From the human T2T-CHM13v2.0 reference genome, Homo sapiens, in the NCBI RefSeq assembly GCF_009914755.1, contig NC_060931.1: a stretch of 64,000 bases of DNA; one strand, given 5' to 3'. Under the pieces are notes generated by a model. That model saw nothing but the letters and a program-made list of their open reading frames with translations. It did no database searches and was not told the origin of the DNA. The number at the start of each line of letters is the position of its first letter. Positions within the stretch are counted from its first letter, which is position 1. A program made the position numbers and the translations under genes. This document shows positions 39,707-53,205 of the stretch, in pieces.

Positions 39707-40654
39707 TACTCCCTTTTTCATGGGACTCAATTAATGTGGTTTTTATTTTGAATAAGCCAAAAGCATGTCTGATAGACACTTTCATTTTTTCTGTATTGGC
39801 TAAAATGCCCCAAAAATGGCTTGGCGCCAATCATCCAGTATGATTTTATTTTTGCAAAAAGTTCTAGAACTCTTTCCTCCAGAAGCCTGACACTTTTTAC
39901 AAATTACGCTTCATACTTTCAATGTAATTATCAGCCTTTGACCTCTGTTGAAGTGCAAAGACCAATAGGAGGGATGAAGCACTAAACTGCTATTGGTTTC
40001 TGTGTTAATGAAGCATTGAGATAAGGTTCCAATGGGAGAGGAGGTTGAAGGAAAGACTTTTTAAAAAAAATGTGGCATTGTTAGATGCTTAGACAGGTAC
40101 TGGAAGGTTTAGGTGGGGAAGCACTCTGAAAGGCTGGATTTACTCTGATTCAAAGGAAGTATACAGATGGGGTTCTTAGCTCATGAAAGTTAGTAGGTAA
40201 GTAGATCTAAAACCTAAAAAGTGTCAATGTTTTAGAAGCTTTTTTTTCTCCTTTCCCAGTAAATTAAAAAAGTACTCAGTTTTCTTCTGCTATAAATGTT
40301 ATTTCTTTGGGAAGTAAATCTGGAGGTCACTGCTCATGGGTTTGTTAGCAGCCTGCTTTTACCTTCATAATGTTTAGCAGTTGTATAGAAACTCTTATTG
40401 CTCTAGAGACCATCTCTTTATCCCACATTTTATAGTAGAAAACAGACCACCATTGGTTAATAAAGGATCAATGCCTTTATCTAACAGAAGTATAATTTTG
40501 AAAATACCACTATAAAAAGAATGATCTAAAGTAGAAACATGACTATAAAGGTTTTGTCAATGTCATAAAGTTCTGTATCCAAATAGCTAAATATAAAGCT
40601 AAGAAACATGATTTACTATCCGTGTATCAAGTGTTTGACAACGATTACATAACA

Positions 40655-40872
40655 GTCTAATATTTACAATAGCCCTAAGAAGTATGTATTGTACTTATAC
40701 ATATAATACAAGATATGTATTATTATCTCCAGTTTAAAAAGTAGAAAGTAAAGCTGAGTATGATTAAGGAGCAAGTCCAAAATCACACAGAAAGTAAATG
40801 GATGAGCTGAGATTTGTAAAGTAGGAGAGCCTGCTCCAGAGCTCATTCATTTCCCTGTACACAATGTTGCCT
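40655..40872 (-). mobile_element. MIR
   Basis: tattattatctccagttta...gctgagtatgattaaggagcaagtccaaaatcacacagaaagtaaatgg...gctgagatttg. Confidence 0.65.
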
Positions 40873-41342
40873 CTTAAGATATAGTCTCTCTGGTCACGAG
40901 TGCATAGAATTGCTCAAGATGGTAAGCCTGACTCCTTCAAAAATAATTGTCACGCTTTTGAATAAAGATATAAATGTAAGTAGACATTATCTCAACTATG
41001 TCAGTACCCTTTCCAACAAAATTCCACTTTTACTAATTACAATATCAAAAGAGGCCATTCTTAGGAAGCGTTTTTATTTCTAATAGTGATAATGAGGGAG
41101 TATTAAACTCATACCTAACAGTGATTATAGAACTGAAGACAACAAATATTCTTCTGAAACTGGAGTTTCATTACATTTTTCTCTTCCTCCTTCATTTTCC
41201 AGTCAAATCATTGCAGCACAAGGCTTTACTGAAGAAACACACAGCTGTTACAAGAAATATTTATTCTAATCCTAGTCCAGAGAGCTAGTGTTTAGAAATA
41301 TATAGATAATCCCATACGGAATTATTCAAATACAAAAGACAA

Positions 41343-41530
41343 CATTTATTGAGTTATACTAGGTGTTTTATGTAGTGTTCAATCTATATAGAATCCAGTA
41401 GAGAGACTGACTCTTACCTTCATCTTACAGATGAGAAAACTAAGGTTTAGAGAATTAAAAACTTGCCCAAGATAATTAAATTAGTCAGTAATTAAGCTGT
41501 GATGCTAATCTTCCCAGCTCAGTAAACTCT
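41343..41530 (-). mobile_element. MIR
   Basis: catcttacagatgagaaaactaaggtttagagaattaaaaacttgcccaagat. Confidence 0.7.
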
Positions 41531-42990
41531 ATTTCCTCTCAACATTATTTACAAATTGTTTCATGGCTATTAATAATCTTTCCATAATTCTTCACTTGAA
41601 TACTCAGAAAAATGAAAGTAAAACTCACTATTATTGAATCTTGCTGACCTACGATTTTTCGTTTTATACTTATGCTCTAGTTCTCCAAGTACAATCAGCA
41701 TTTCCTATAATAATAAGACATAGTTTATATGAGACATAGGTAATTACACAACTGAAATCTATGGGATAATATATTCTAAACAAGCTGAAGGGCAAATATT
41801 ATTCTTCCCACTAAAATAATTACACCTAGCTGGGTATTTCTCCATGTAAGCTTAAATTTCTTAAGTACATGGGCCTGTCTTGCTTCACTTTTTATTCTTT
41901 AGCACTTAAGCACACCTTTCACGAGTAAGTATGAGGATGACATAACATTATGTATGCTAAAGTCTTATGAACTGAAAATGGACACACAGATAATGATTGT
42001 TATGACACTATTACTTCTATGAATAAACTCACAGTTTTTGAATGCGTGAGTGAATAATGTTTTCATAGAGACCATAGGGCATCTCTCCTTGGTCCACTAG
42101 TTTTCACTTGAGAGATAAAGAAAATTACAACAGAATGTCAAAATTGAAATAATTTCATATTTAAAACCAGAAATAAATAACCTCAACTTATTTACCAAGG
42201 GCTGTGTATGCTCTTTATGGACTTGTCCTTGGCCTAAGAGATGGTGATGACTTCTGTGACCACATTATGAAGTTAGATGCTGACTAAGCCATATTGTGGG
42301 ACCTTTGGAATTACCAAACAAAACTGAACTCTCTCAGCTAATGCTATAATATGTAAAGTTCTCTGGTTAAAACAGAATTTTCAATTTAAAAATATATTTG
42401 AAATAGTGTTTTGCATCCACTCAAATCTCAGCCTTCTTAACCTGTATCACATTGAATAACTTTATGTATTTATTTAATGTTATTATCTGTATGTATGTCT
42501 ATACTAGTGTAGATAATGCATTCAGGTTAATAGTTTGCTACTGTCTTGGAGGAAAAGGAGTAACTTAACTGGTGAAGCTGTCCAGTTCTTTCCTGCTTCC
42601 AGTCATTGATTTTAAGTTGTGTGTGCAGCAAGTGTAAGAGCATTTTTAAAGTGGGAAATAAATCCTGATAGCTGTTTTCTATGCTAAATGCCTCTTGCCC
42701 CTAGACAGACACACACTATTTCATGGAAGTGAATGGCATACTTTGTCACTAGGCCTAGCCATTAATTGTGTTTGTGCTCTAATGATCCGCTTAGAGAAAT
42801 CTGTCTCATAGTGCCATTCACTTCTGTTTAAGAAATGTTAATGTGTCCTATTGACTAATTTTGGAAAGAAAAACCAGAGACTTTGCAGAAAACTCTGAAT
42901 TATTTTGATTTTATATAAAGAGTAAAACCTCTAAGAATTATAGAGAATAGTGGACTGCATCATCTTTTTCTTTTCCCCCAAGAGGAAACC

Positions 42991-43144
42991 TTTTTATTTT
43001 TAATTTTATCATTATTATACTTTAAGTTTAGGGTACATGTGCACAACGTGCAAGTTTGTTACATATGTATACATGTGCCATGTTGGTGTGCTGCACCCAT
43101 TAACTCATCATTTAGCATTAGGTATATCTCCTAATGCTATCCCT
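42991..43144 (-). mobile_element. L1PA4-like, 5'-truncated (~150 bp)
   Basis: ttatactttaagtttagggtacatgtgcacaacgtgc...tttagcattaggtatatctcctaatgctatccct; TSD accttttt at 42988-42995 and 43145-43152. Confidence 0.92.
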
Positions 43145-43279
43145 ACCTTTTTGTTTCTTTCATATGTTCAGTAACTTCTGAATTTTTTTGTATTTTCTCA
43201 TGAAGTTTATTTTTTCTCATGTTGGCTTTTTTTCTTTTGGGTCATTCTTGACATAAGAAATTAGTGGTGGAACGTAAGT

Positions 43280-43575
43280 ATGAATTGTGCATTAAATAAT
43301 GGTATTATATCACTGTTAAATTTCCTGATTTTGAGAACTCAGCTGTAGTTACGTAAAAGAATATGCTTGTTCTTAGAAAATACACACAAAATATTTTAGG
43401 GTAAAGTAGCACAATGTTTCCAACTTAGCATTAAGTGATTTAGAAAAAACATAAATATCAAAAATTATAAAGAACATGGATTGGTAAATCTGGATAAAGA
43501 ACATACAGGATTTTTTGTTACTATTCTTGTGACTCTTTGTGAGCTTGAAATTCTATGAAAACAAAAAGAAAAAAA
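43280..43575 (+). mobile_element. Old L1 (L1ME3/L1MC-type) 3' end
   Basis: tgttaaatttcctgattttgag...cttgttcttagaaaatacacac...ggtaaatctggataaag...ctattcttgtgactctttgtgagcttgaaatt. Confidence 0.75.
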
Positions 43576-44166
43576 AACCAATGTAAAGAAAAAGTTGTGA
43601 GACAATTTTCCTCATTTTAAATAAGCATTCATATAACATTTATTAAATTGTTTAGTGAAGTAATAAAGTCTTTTTCTCTTATACAATGTTCCAAGTTTTA
43701 GGTTATAGTGAAATTCCCTCATTGCCACCATCTTCTAATGTGAATTTAGTACTTCAGATGAGAAGAATATAGTTCAATATTTTGGGTAATGAAGGTATCA
43801 TTTGCTAGGTTACCCCATGGAACTGCAGTATATCAGAACAAATTAAGACAAATATTGGTGGCTGAAATGGGAACTGAACTGATGTCTCCCGATGTTATTT
43901 TTCTTTCACTACGTTGCATTAGATGTTTTTATTAGTTTAGTTCTATAGTATACATTTTCAACTCTTCAATATACAGTTTTTTATGGTTATTATTAGTTTA
44001 AATTTAGCCCTTAGTAATTAGCTTCTTATTTAATCAGTTTTTGCAATTGTATTTCAAAAATTAACAAAAATAATTTTTATGTCAATTACTTAACTAGCTT
44101 GTTACAGTGCTTTCCATGAAACACATTTTACAAACTTCCTATCCTTGTTTTGATTATACATGTGTA

Positions 44167-44210
44167 TACACACACACACACACATACATACATACATACA
44201 TATATATATA
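44167..44210. repeat. (CA)n(CATA)n(TA)n compound microsatellite
   Basis: Seen directly. Confidence 0.9.
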
Positions 44211-45069
44211 AACAATCTGGATGAAAAGTCAACATTTTAATTTCCTATAAAAAGTTAAACTACATATTTGATATGTTTGTATTTTCCTGACCAAATCAAT
44301 GAAATTGACTAGTTTATATGGGGTCGTTTTAGTCAGGTCCCAAGACAATGTATTTTATGGTATCCCATTCATAAATGCAAACTTAGTTTATTTAAAATGG
44401 GTATTATTAAATAAAACATTTATCATATTTTTCCAGTAGAAAATTAGCCAAATAATGTGTTCAACATGTGCCTTTTAAAAGAAATCACTAAACTGTAGTA
44501 GTGATCATCTTGCTAAAATAATGGAAAATTAATGAAGAACATAGAACATATAACAAGAGACTAACTTAAATTGTTAATAAAGCTACACACTCAAAATACC
44601 TTAAATATCATAAAGTCTCTATCTTTATTGGGACCTTTGTGGTTATTACAATAACAAAAATAGCCAAGAATGCATAGTATGTGTTCTGCTGAAAAAGCAG
44701 ATAGGCCTGGATAACATATCTTTTCGTGTGTCTGACTTCCTGGATAGATGATTATCTAGTTTATTCCTACCCTCTGGGGTATTCCTAGCATTTTTAGTGT
44801 GAAGAAGTATTTATTTCCTGTCTCAATTTCTTCTGCTATAGTTTTATGATAGTTATTCTTCTTCCACCTTCAGTGGAGATGGTAAATACTTATTTTTAGT
44901 TTTTGGAATTATCATCTTTTTAATATCACTGCATGCTCAGATCTTCCCTCAGGTTGGGGCTTCTATCCTGGGCTAGGTAATTTTTATTCCCTTAATACTG
45001 AAATCATTCTGTTTCTCAATCTTTAAAATACCTTGGCCTTCTTTCCTATATTCTGGTGATACTTAACCT

Positions 45070-45101
45070 GTTTTTTGTTTTTGTTTTTGTTTTTGTTTTG
45101 G
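45070..45101. repeat. (TTTTTG)n
   Basis: Seen directly. Confidence 0.85.
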
Positions 45102-45415
45102 ATTGCAGACCCCTTTTGTGCATCTGATGAAAGTCACTGACCTTTCTCTAGACAGATAGGTGTACATGCTCAAGACTTCATGAACCTTTTCATGTGTGCT
45201 ATACCTCCTAGAGCTTATACATGCACCCTCTGGAATAAAGGTTGTCAAAATAAAATAATCTGCTCAGATGATTATTTAAACAGTGGATTCCTGAGACCAA
45301 TCCCCTGAGATATTAGTTGAATACAACTGAGGAGGATCTAGAATCTGTATTTTAACAAACTCTAGGTGACACTGATATATGGGGATGGTATTATATTCTG
45401 AAACAGAATCCTCTA
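45097..45415. mobile_element. hAT-Charlie MITE fragments (Charlie-like plus MER5B-like)
   Basis: cagaccccttttgtgcatctgatgaaagtcactgacc and gattcctgagaccaatcccctgaga...gaatctgtattttaacaaactctaggtga. Confidence 0.5.
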
Positions 45416-46035
45416 GAGTTTAAGAGTCTCAGATGAAGAAATTCCACTCTATTCTTCTTCCAGATTTTGTATTTTTCATCTCTTAGAAGAATCTAAACTC
45501 ATAGATCTTATATGCTTTATTCGGTATATGACATTATAATGTGTTGATATGTTACAATAGCTCCCCAGGAAGTTTTATTCTCACTCTCCTTCTTTTTATA
45601 TATAAAGTCCATTAAAATCCCTGGGGTAAGGATTTATGAAATCCCAATCACTTAAATCAAAGGCCCATCTCTCCTCTGAGGCTTCTTGTGAATTTTGTAG
45701 CATATGATGATCTACATTTATTGACTATATCACTTGTTTGGCAAATATATCATGTTTTATGTGTTCAAAATCTTGGTTGCCATTTAGAGTAGGTGTATGA
45801 TGATTATCTCATTTCTGCCATTTCAATCAGGGGCTTTTAGGATCTAGTATTATATATCTGTTTAGTTACCAGTTGCTCAGCCCAGTGTTCTAGTAATACT
45901 GAGAAACCTAAATCATTGTTGGTTGATGAATGCATGGCTCTACAAGGAAGTGTTCCTCTGAAATCAGTGACTCTCCTTATGAGTCTCTGACAATGTATTC
46001 TTTGGTCAATTACACCCAAAGAGTCGTTTCTAGAT

Positions 46036-46165
46036 GGTATAGGTCCCTGGAATCAGGCATGTATGACCTAGGGTTATATCCCAGCTCTGGTATTTATTGT
46101 GTGTTCTTGTGCAAGTTACCTAACGCCTCTGAAAGGCTTGGTTTTTCCATATGTAAAAGGTGGTT
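46036..46165 (+). mobile_element. MIR
   Basis: ctggaatcaggc...gacctagggttatatcccagctctgg...tgtgttcttgtgcaagttacctaacgcctctga. Confidence 0.7.
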
Positions 46166-46199
46166 GCTGAATGGGGAAAGGCAGAGCATTCTATGGCAA

Positions 46200-46617
46200 A
46201 GGCTGTGATGGAAAGAGCATGGTGTGCCCCAAGAAGTTAAAGACGCTTCCCTCTGATGCAATTCTAGAGAGTAAGAAGAAAGAAGCAGTTCACGCCTTTG
46301 TATGACCTGAACTGGAGAACCCACATCAAAGTAGGGATTTGTGGGGCCCCCGTCCACTGTTGAAGATACTCCAGGTCTGCAGTGAAATGAAGCAGAGGAG
46401 CATACAGCAGCAGAGATGAGAATAAGAAAGTACTTCCTGGTTTCCCACTAGGCTTTTAATGCCTAGTCCCATTCCCTTGGGGGAATTGTGGGGAGAAGAA
46501 AGAGAGTAGCTGCTTTCAGATTCTGTTCGCCGCCCTAGGATTCTTCCAACAGAACACTTGTTGCCCCGATGACTGCGAATTAATTTTTATGTGCAATCAA
46601 AAACTCCGATTAATTCA
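46200..46617 (+). mobile_element. Old MaLR LTR (MLT1-like), degraded
   Basis: Ends tgcaatcaaaaactccgattaattca, like MLT1 3' termini; internal gaagcagag...cagagatgaga. Confidence 0.4.
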
Positions 46618-47437
46618 GCAGGACTTGAAAAGCAGGTAATTCAATATTGGACCTGGTGAGTTTTCAGTGCCTGTGAAACAGTTGCATGTGTATATTAAGT
46701 AGGAAGACAGCAGTCAATGGGTAGGATACTACTCTTTCCGTATGTATGGCAGGTAAATACATTGGCCCATTTGAATACAGTCACTCTGTTTTTGGTAAAA
46801 TTGTAGCTGAAACTATTTTGTGCTGATGCTCAACATTTTAAATACATGGTACCATGTAATAAAATTTTGTTTGAATTGAGATCCAATAAAATGTTTACAT
46901 TTATTTATACAATTTCCAACTATTTTGATCTTTATGTAACTCCCTGTGTTTCTTTATTTGCATTTACTTACAGCAAAATTGGAGACAAAATTAGTGCCCA
47001 ATGGCAATCAGTATATTTTAAATGGCTAATAAACTCTATCTTTTCTTATTCCTTTTAAATAATTTGTATTTGTTTTATCTCTAACTGTCCTAATTTTAAA
47101 ATATGCTCAAACTTTATGACAGCTCTAAGGAAAAAGTTATACATCTTTATTATATTTAAGTGGTAGAAACAGAGAATGGGAGCATATAAACATTAACATT
47201 TCTCTGTAAATCAACTTAATTCAGCATCTCTCTTTGCCCACTCATAATCAATCAGGATTCAGTAGAAAATAGTTCAATATTAATAGCAAAAAATTAAATT
47301 TCATTAAGAAAAATGACAAATGAGTGATTTGGCATGAGAACTCACTATAGCCTTACAAAGACTGAAAAAATTCTGATATGTTTTGGTTTATAATTTGTAA
47401 AATATGATTGCCACGCAAATGCACTCCACTGGGCTGA

Positions 47438-47799
<362 letters not shown>

Positions 47800-48444
47800 T
47801 TTATCTTTATGGTAAAAGAGCAACATAATTGAAGTTAAGTGCTAGAAACTGGGAGAAGATACATTCACTTCTATATTTGCATTAAATTCCTATTGACTTC
47901 AGAAAAATATACTGAATACTTTTATTATTAAAAAAATCAGCTGCTGAGGTGTTTTATGTTCTCTTGGTATATGATTCTATGGGCTAGAGGACACCACAAG
48001 ATTGTGACTTATGTGCTAACGTACAAAGAAAGTTTTGCTGAGTGCAATTCAAGTTCCATCCTATCCATTTGTCCATGTGCAAATTTCAAGAGCTATGTGG
48101 CTGGAACTATTCACCCTTCTTAAAGAGTTTGGTCTGTGGCTATCCACGGTAAACTGGATCTCCAGACTTCTAAATAATCCCTACAGTCTGCTATAGGGCA
48201 TTAGACAAATCTGTGATGTTTTTACTTTCTGAGAAACTAATTGATAAGCATTATGTTAAAATTCATATTAGTAGCTGGTTTTTTTTGGATGTAAACACAG
48301 TATGGCTGATTACATAAAATTTGGAAAATTAGAAAAAAATACATAGAGAAAAAGTCACCAAAAACTAATAAATAAGTGACAATCTTTGCTGCCATTTTGA
48401 TATATTTACCTCTCAGTCTGTTTTTCTATGAATACAAATATATA

Positions 48445-49994
48445 CAGTGATATGTTGCTTAACAACAAAGATAAGTTCTGAGAAACGCATCCTTGGGCGA
48501 TTTTGTCATTGTGCAAATATCACACAGTGTACTTACACAAACCTAGGTGATATAGCTTACTACACACCTTGGTTGGATGGGATACCCTATTGCTCCTAGG
48601 CTACAAACCTATACAGCATGTTACTATAATGGGTACTGTAGACAACTGTAACATGATGGCAAGTGTTTGTGTATCTAAACATATCACAGCATAGAAAAGA
48701 TACAGTAGAAATATAGTTTAAAAGATTTTTAAAATGGTATACCTGTGTAGGGCACTTATAAATGGAGCTTACAGGACTGGAAGTTGCTCTGGGTGAGTCA
48801 ATGAGTGAGTGGTGAGTGAATGTGAAGGCCTAGGACATTACTGTACACTATGTAGACTTTATAAACACTGTACACTTAGCCTACACAAAACTTATGAAAA
48901 AAATTTTTCTTTCTCCAATAATTTATATTTAGCTTACTGTAACTTTTAAAATTTATGAGCTTTTAAATCTTTTGAACTTTTTGGCTCTTTTTTAACAAAA
49001 CAGCTTAAAACACAAATTGTACATTTGTACAAAAATATTTTATTTATTTCTTTTATAAGATTTTTTAAATTAATTTTTTTCTTTTTAAACTTTTTTGTTA
49101 AAAACTAAGACACAAACCCACACATTAGCCTAAGCCCACAGGGTCAGGATCATCAATACACTGTTTTCTACCTTCATATCTTATTCCACTGGAAAGTCGT
49201 CAGGGGCAATAAAACACATGGAGTTGTCATCTCCAATGATAACAATGTTGTCTCTGGAATACTTCCTGAAGGACCTGCCTGAGATGGTTTTGCAGTTCAC
49301 TGATTTTTTTTTTTAAGTAAGTAGAAGGAGTACATTCTAAAATAATAATAAAAGGTATGGTATAGTAATACATAAACCAGTAACATATTCATTTATTGTT
49401 ACATATTATGTAATGCACATAATTGTATATGCCACATTTTTTGTTTGGTTTTTGTTTTTTGTTTTGAGACAGGGTCTTGCTCTGGGGCTATAGTTATAGC
49501 TGTATATAGGACTATAGTTATACATACCAGGCTGGTGTGCAGTCGCACGATCTCTGTTCAGTGCAACCTCCACCTCTCAGGTTCAAGTGATTCTCATGCC
49601 TCAGCCTCCAGAGCAGCTGAGATTACAGGTGCCCACCATGGCAACTGGCTAATTTTTGTACTTTTAGTAGAGACCGGGTTTCACCGTGCTGGTCAGGCTG
49701 GTCTCGAACTCCTGATCTTAAGTGATCTGCCCACCTCAGCCTCCCAAAGTGCTGGGATTACAGGCATGAGTCACCGTGCGTGGCCTGTATATGTTACACT
49801 TTTATACAACTGGCAGTGCAGTAGGTTCATTTACACCAGCATCACCACAAGCATGGAAAGTAAGGCTACGATGTGAGCATGGCAATGGCGTCACTAGATG
49901 ATAAGAATTCTTCAGCTCCATTATAATCTTATGGGACCACTGTTGTATATGCAGTCCATATTTGACTTAAATGTCATTGTATGGCCCATGATTA
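48445..49994 (-). mobile_element. Tigger3b (Golem) DNA transposon, essentially full length, interrupted by an Alu
   Basis: Both degenerate TIRs flanked by TA (ta|cagtgatatgttgcttaacaac ... gtcattgtatggcccatgatta|ta); internal ggactggaagttgctctgggtgagtca; about 1.2 kb after removing the Alu. Confidence 0.88.
49437..49785 (-). mobile_element. AluS (Sx/Sz-like) nested in Tigger3b
   Basis: Alu body with TSD tgtatatg(cc/tt)aca at 49424-49436 and 49786-49798; carries a 42-bp foreign insert. Confidence 0.93.
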
Positions 49995-50329
49995 TATATA
50001 TATATACACACACACACACCTAAGAATGTACAGTTATTGTGCATTTGGGATCATACTGTAACTAGTTTTTTTGGCTAAGATTTTTTTCCAATGAGTTTTT
50101 TTTCAGGTCCAATATTTTTTAAACCAAAATTATAACACACATTAGTCTATCAAATTGTTAAAGCTATCATATTTAATATTTTAAATTATTGTTTAATTGT
50201 ATTTTTTCTTCTGTTACTGGCCTCAGTAATTATTACAATTAGTACTTAGGGTATATTTGTATGTGATAATAATTGCTACAGTACTTCTGCCTTTTATATT
50301 TCAGTAGAAATTAAAAGTAAACAAGACAT

Positions 50330-50625
50330 AAACTGCTTAACATACAAACAAAATAAAAAAGCAGAATAGAAATTGAAAAATTTGCAGCATAACTTACGAC
50401 CAATCATGACAATTATGACCATAAATGTAGTTGGAATACACTCTTCCATTAAGAGATAGTAACTTTTAATTTTGTTAAAAAAAACTATATCCTGCTTACG
50501 TTGATAAGAAACTAAAAAAAATAATGCCAAAATTAATGAATAAAAGAAAAACAAAATTTCTTCTGATACCAAATATTAATAAAATGGAAGAAGGGTTAAA
50601 AAATTAAAATCAAGAGGGATAGAGT
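50330..50625 (+). mobile_element. Old L1 fragment (ORF2 start, endonuclease region)
   Basis: ccaatcatgacaattatgaccataaatgtagttggaatacactcttccattaagagatag...aactatatcctgcttac. Confidence 0.5.
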
Positions 50626-50654
50626 CTCCATATACTAGCTAAGGCTGGGTGTTC

Positions 50655-51030
50655 ACAATTTTTTAAAAAGTCTTCCAGTTTGTAGGCAAATATGGTACTA
50701 ATTACATTAATTTACATCTCTCATCATTAGTAAATTTGAACATTTTTCATATGTTTTTGCTCCCCTTGGTATTTGCTTTCTATTTTCTTTGCATATTTTC
50801 ATATTAGTTTGTCATTTTTGAAAGAATTTTAAAACATCTTAGATGTATTTTTAATAACATCTATTATATAGATTGTGATTTTGCCTTTATTTTTCTTTGT
50901 AAATTTTGTTTATGAAGGTTTTTTTTCACACATAAAAGATTTTAGTTTTTCACTGTGTGGTATTTTGCTTTTCTCCTTCAAATGGTCTGAGATATAGACT
51001 CATCTACATGTTTTTCTAATTCTCCGTAGG
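50655..51030 (-). mobile_element. Old L1ME fragment
   Basis: taggcaaatatggtact...aatttacatctctcatcattagtaaatttgaacatttttcatatgttt. Confidence 0.55.
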
Positions 51031-51061
51031 TCTTTTAATTGGAAGTTGGAATGGGACTTAC

Positions 51062-51333
51062 CAAGCTTCTCAGCAACAGTGTGACCTAAATGACCATTTC
51101 TTTATAAAGGCAGATTTGGCCAGGAGGAGCTTATGGCAAATCTTCCCACAGCTTTCCTCCAACTGCTGAACAGCAAAGATATTTATGTCACTGTGAATCT
51201 CTACACCTGTGGTCAGTGATTTCATGCTGCTCATGGCTCATTTCATGCTGAGCAGCAGGAAAGGCCACTGTGCAGCTTTCCCAGGCTGAATATGAACTCA
51301 TCTTTTCTGGAGCTGTCTCACGCTTTCCCCAGA
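51062..51333 (-). other. Candidate non-coding internal exon (272 nt)
   Basis: Minus-strand acceptor tgttttctgcccttctccacag| and donor TTG|gtaagt; stops in all three frames; motif evidence only. Confidence 0.35.
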
Positions 51334-52532
51334 CTGTGGAGAAGGGCAGAAAACATGCTCTATGGTACTACTGCTTGGACTTTTTCGTTAGGCTGCTTCA
51401 TGGATAAGGTTGGGCCTGCTGCATGTTAAGTTGGTGGGATGGGAAGGATAAGGTACTCATGTGATATATGTATCTTGGCCTACTTTGTAAACACAGAGGC
51501 CTTACACAAATGCTATTCCAGTTGATATTATTATCAGGAATAAAGGAACTTAGTCGGCTCCTGAATAAAATATGACTTTCACATATGCTGTTGCTTTTCA
51601 TGTTACATAGATTAAAAATCCTGTCCTCTGGCTGTAGAGTGCTGGTTTTGTTAAATTGAGACTTAGAAGGGCAATAAATATTAAAAGAATTTCAACTATC
51701 CAGTGTAATTTCTGCCTCTAGATAGACAGGCTCAAACAAAGTGAATTCTGGTTAAGAAGTTGTATTTAACAGAAATTTAACGTGGTATGTCCTCATATTA
51801 GGATTATGTTGAATTAAAAGATCCAGGTCAAACAACCTTGCCTGCTGGACTTCGATGATATTTTGCCAAAAAATGATGGAAGCCCCATTTTTGGGGCAGC
51901 TGATGCTAGGCTAGCCAGGACCCTGAGAACATGTTTTAAAAAGACCCTATGCTGGCAAGAAGTATAGAGATTACTTCATGGGACTTCTGAATTACCAATT
52001 ATTTTTGCTGGATTTTTGACACAGTATTAAATTTTTTTTTAATCTAAACAAAAATAGTTGTCAACTTCCTGAAGTTAAACTTTAGTCCTGCTACTACCAT
52101 GGGATCGACCTCATATCACCCCTTTTTCATCATCTGACAAGGGTGGAGATTGGAGCAAAAGCAAGGAATCTCCTCACTACACTCCATGCTTAGGTTTCTG
52201 TTGGACAAAGTGAGTTTTCTCTAGCAACTAAGCCTAATTAGGGATTAAAGTAGGGGCTAAACAAGTGAAATAGTGGTAAGAAGCTCTCCTACACATATAT
52301 ATTTGAGTACTCTCTCCCCTTACTGAAAGAAAATAACAAAAAAAATACTGTTGCAAATTAACAAATTCAGAAAATGCTAATATGAAAGAGAATGCCATAT
52401 TCTAAGAAATTTTTTTACCATAATCCCATAGGCAATATTAGTATTTTATTAATAGGATGTTAATAGCCCATTAACTCTAACAAGGTCCAGGTATCATGCA
52501 AAGTCCAGGTATCATGCCAGGTATTTTATTAT

Positions 52533-52665
52533 AGAGCAAACCCCTATGTCCTGTATTTCCCAAGAAAGTACTAGCTCACACCTGTTGTCCTGATATAATT
52601 TTAATAACATCCCTGTTCACTCACAAAAGCATACCAGTTTGAATGACAACTTATATGGTTATACT
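52533..52665 (+). mobile_element. MER94 (hAT-Blackjack) inserted in a MIR
   Basis: cctgttgtcctgatataattttaataacatccctgttcactcacaaaagcataccagtttgaatgacaacttatatggttatact. Confidence 0.75.
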
Positions 52666-52666
52666 A

Positions 52667-52850
52667 TTTTTATGTGACTGATTACCCTTTATCTTAAAGA
52701 GAACTGTGACAAAGACGCTATTATTATGATCCTCATTGAGAAACTGATTTACATAAAGGTTAAATAATGTATTTAAAGCCACACAGTTTTTAAGTGGCAG
52801 TAGCTGGAAGTCAAACCCAGACTGTCTGGCCGCAGAGCCTGAAATGGTGG
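52667..52850 (-). mobile_element. MIR
   Basis: tgagaaactgatttacataaaggttaaataatg...cacacagtttttaagtggcagtagctggaagtcaaacccagactgtctggccgcagagcc. Confidence 0.75.
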
Positions 52851-52888
52851 CTTCCCAACATTTGTCCTGAAGCTGGGCCCATGAGTGA

Positions 52889-53205
<317 letters not shown>

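Noticed and set aside
49445-49876. Longest ORF (143 aa)
   Set aside because: It is a translation of an antisense Alu plus Tigger3b sequence, with a non-ATG start and a typical Alu-derived peptide.
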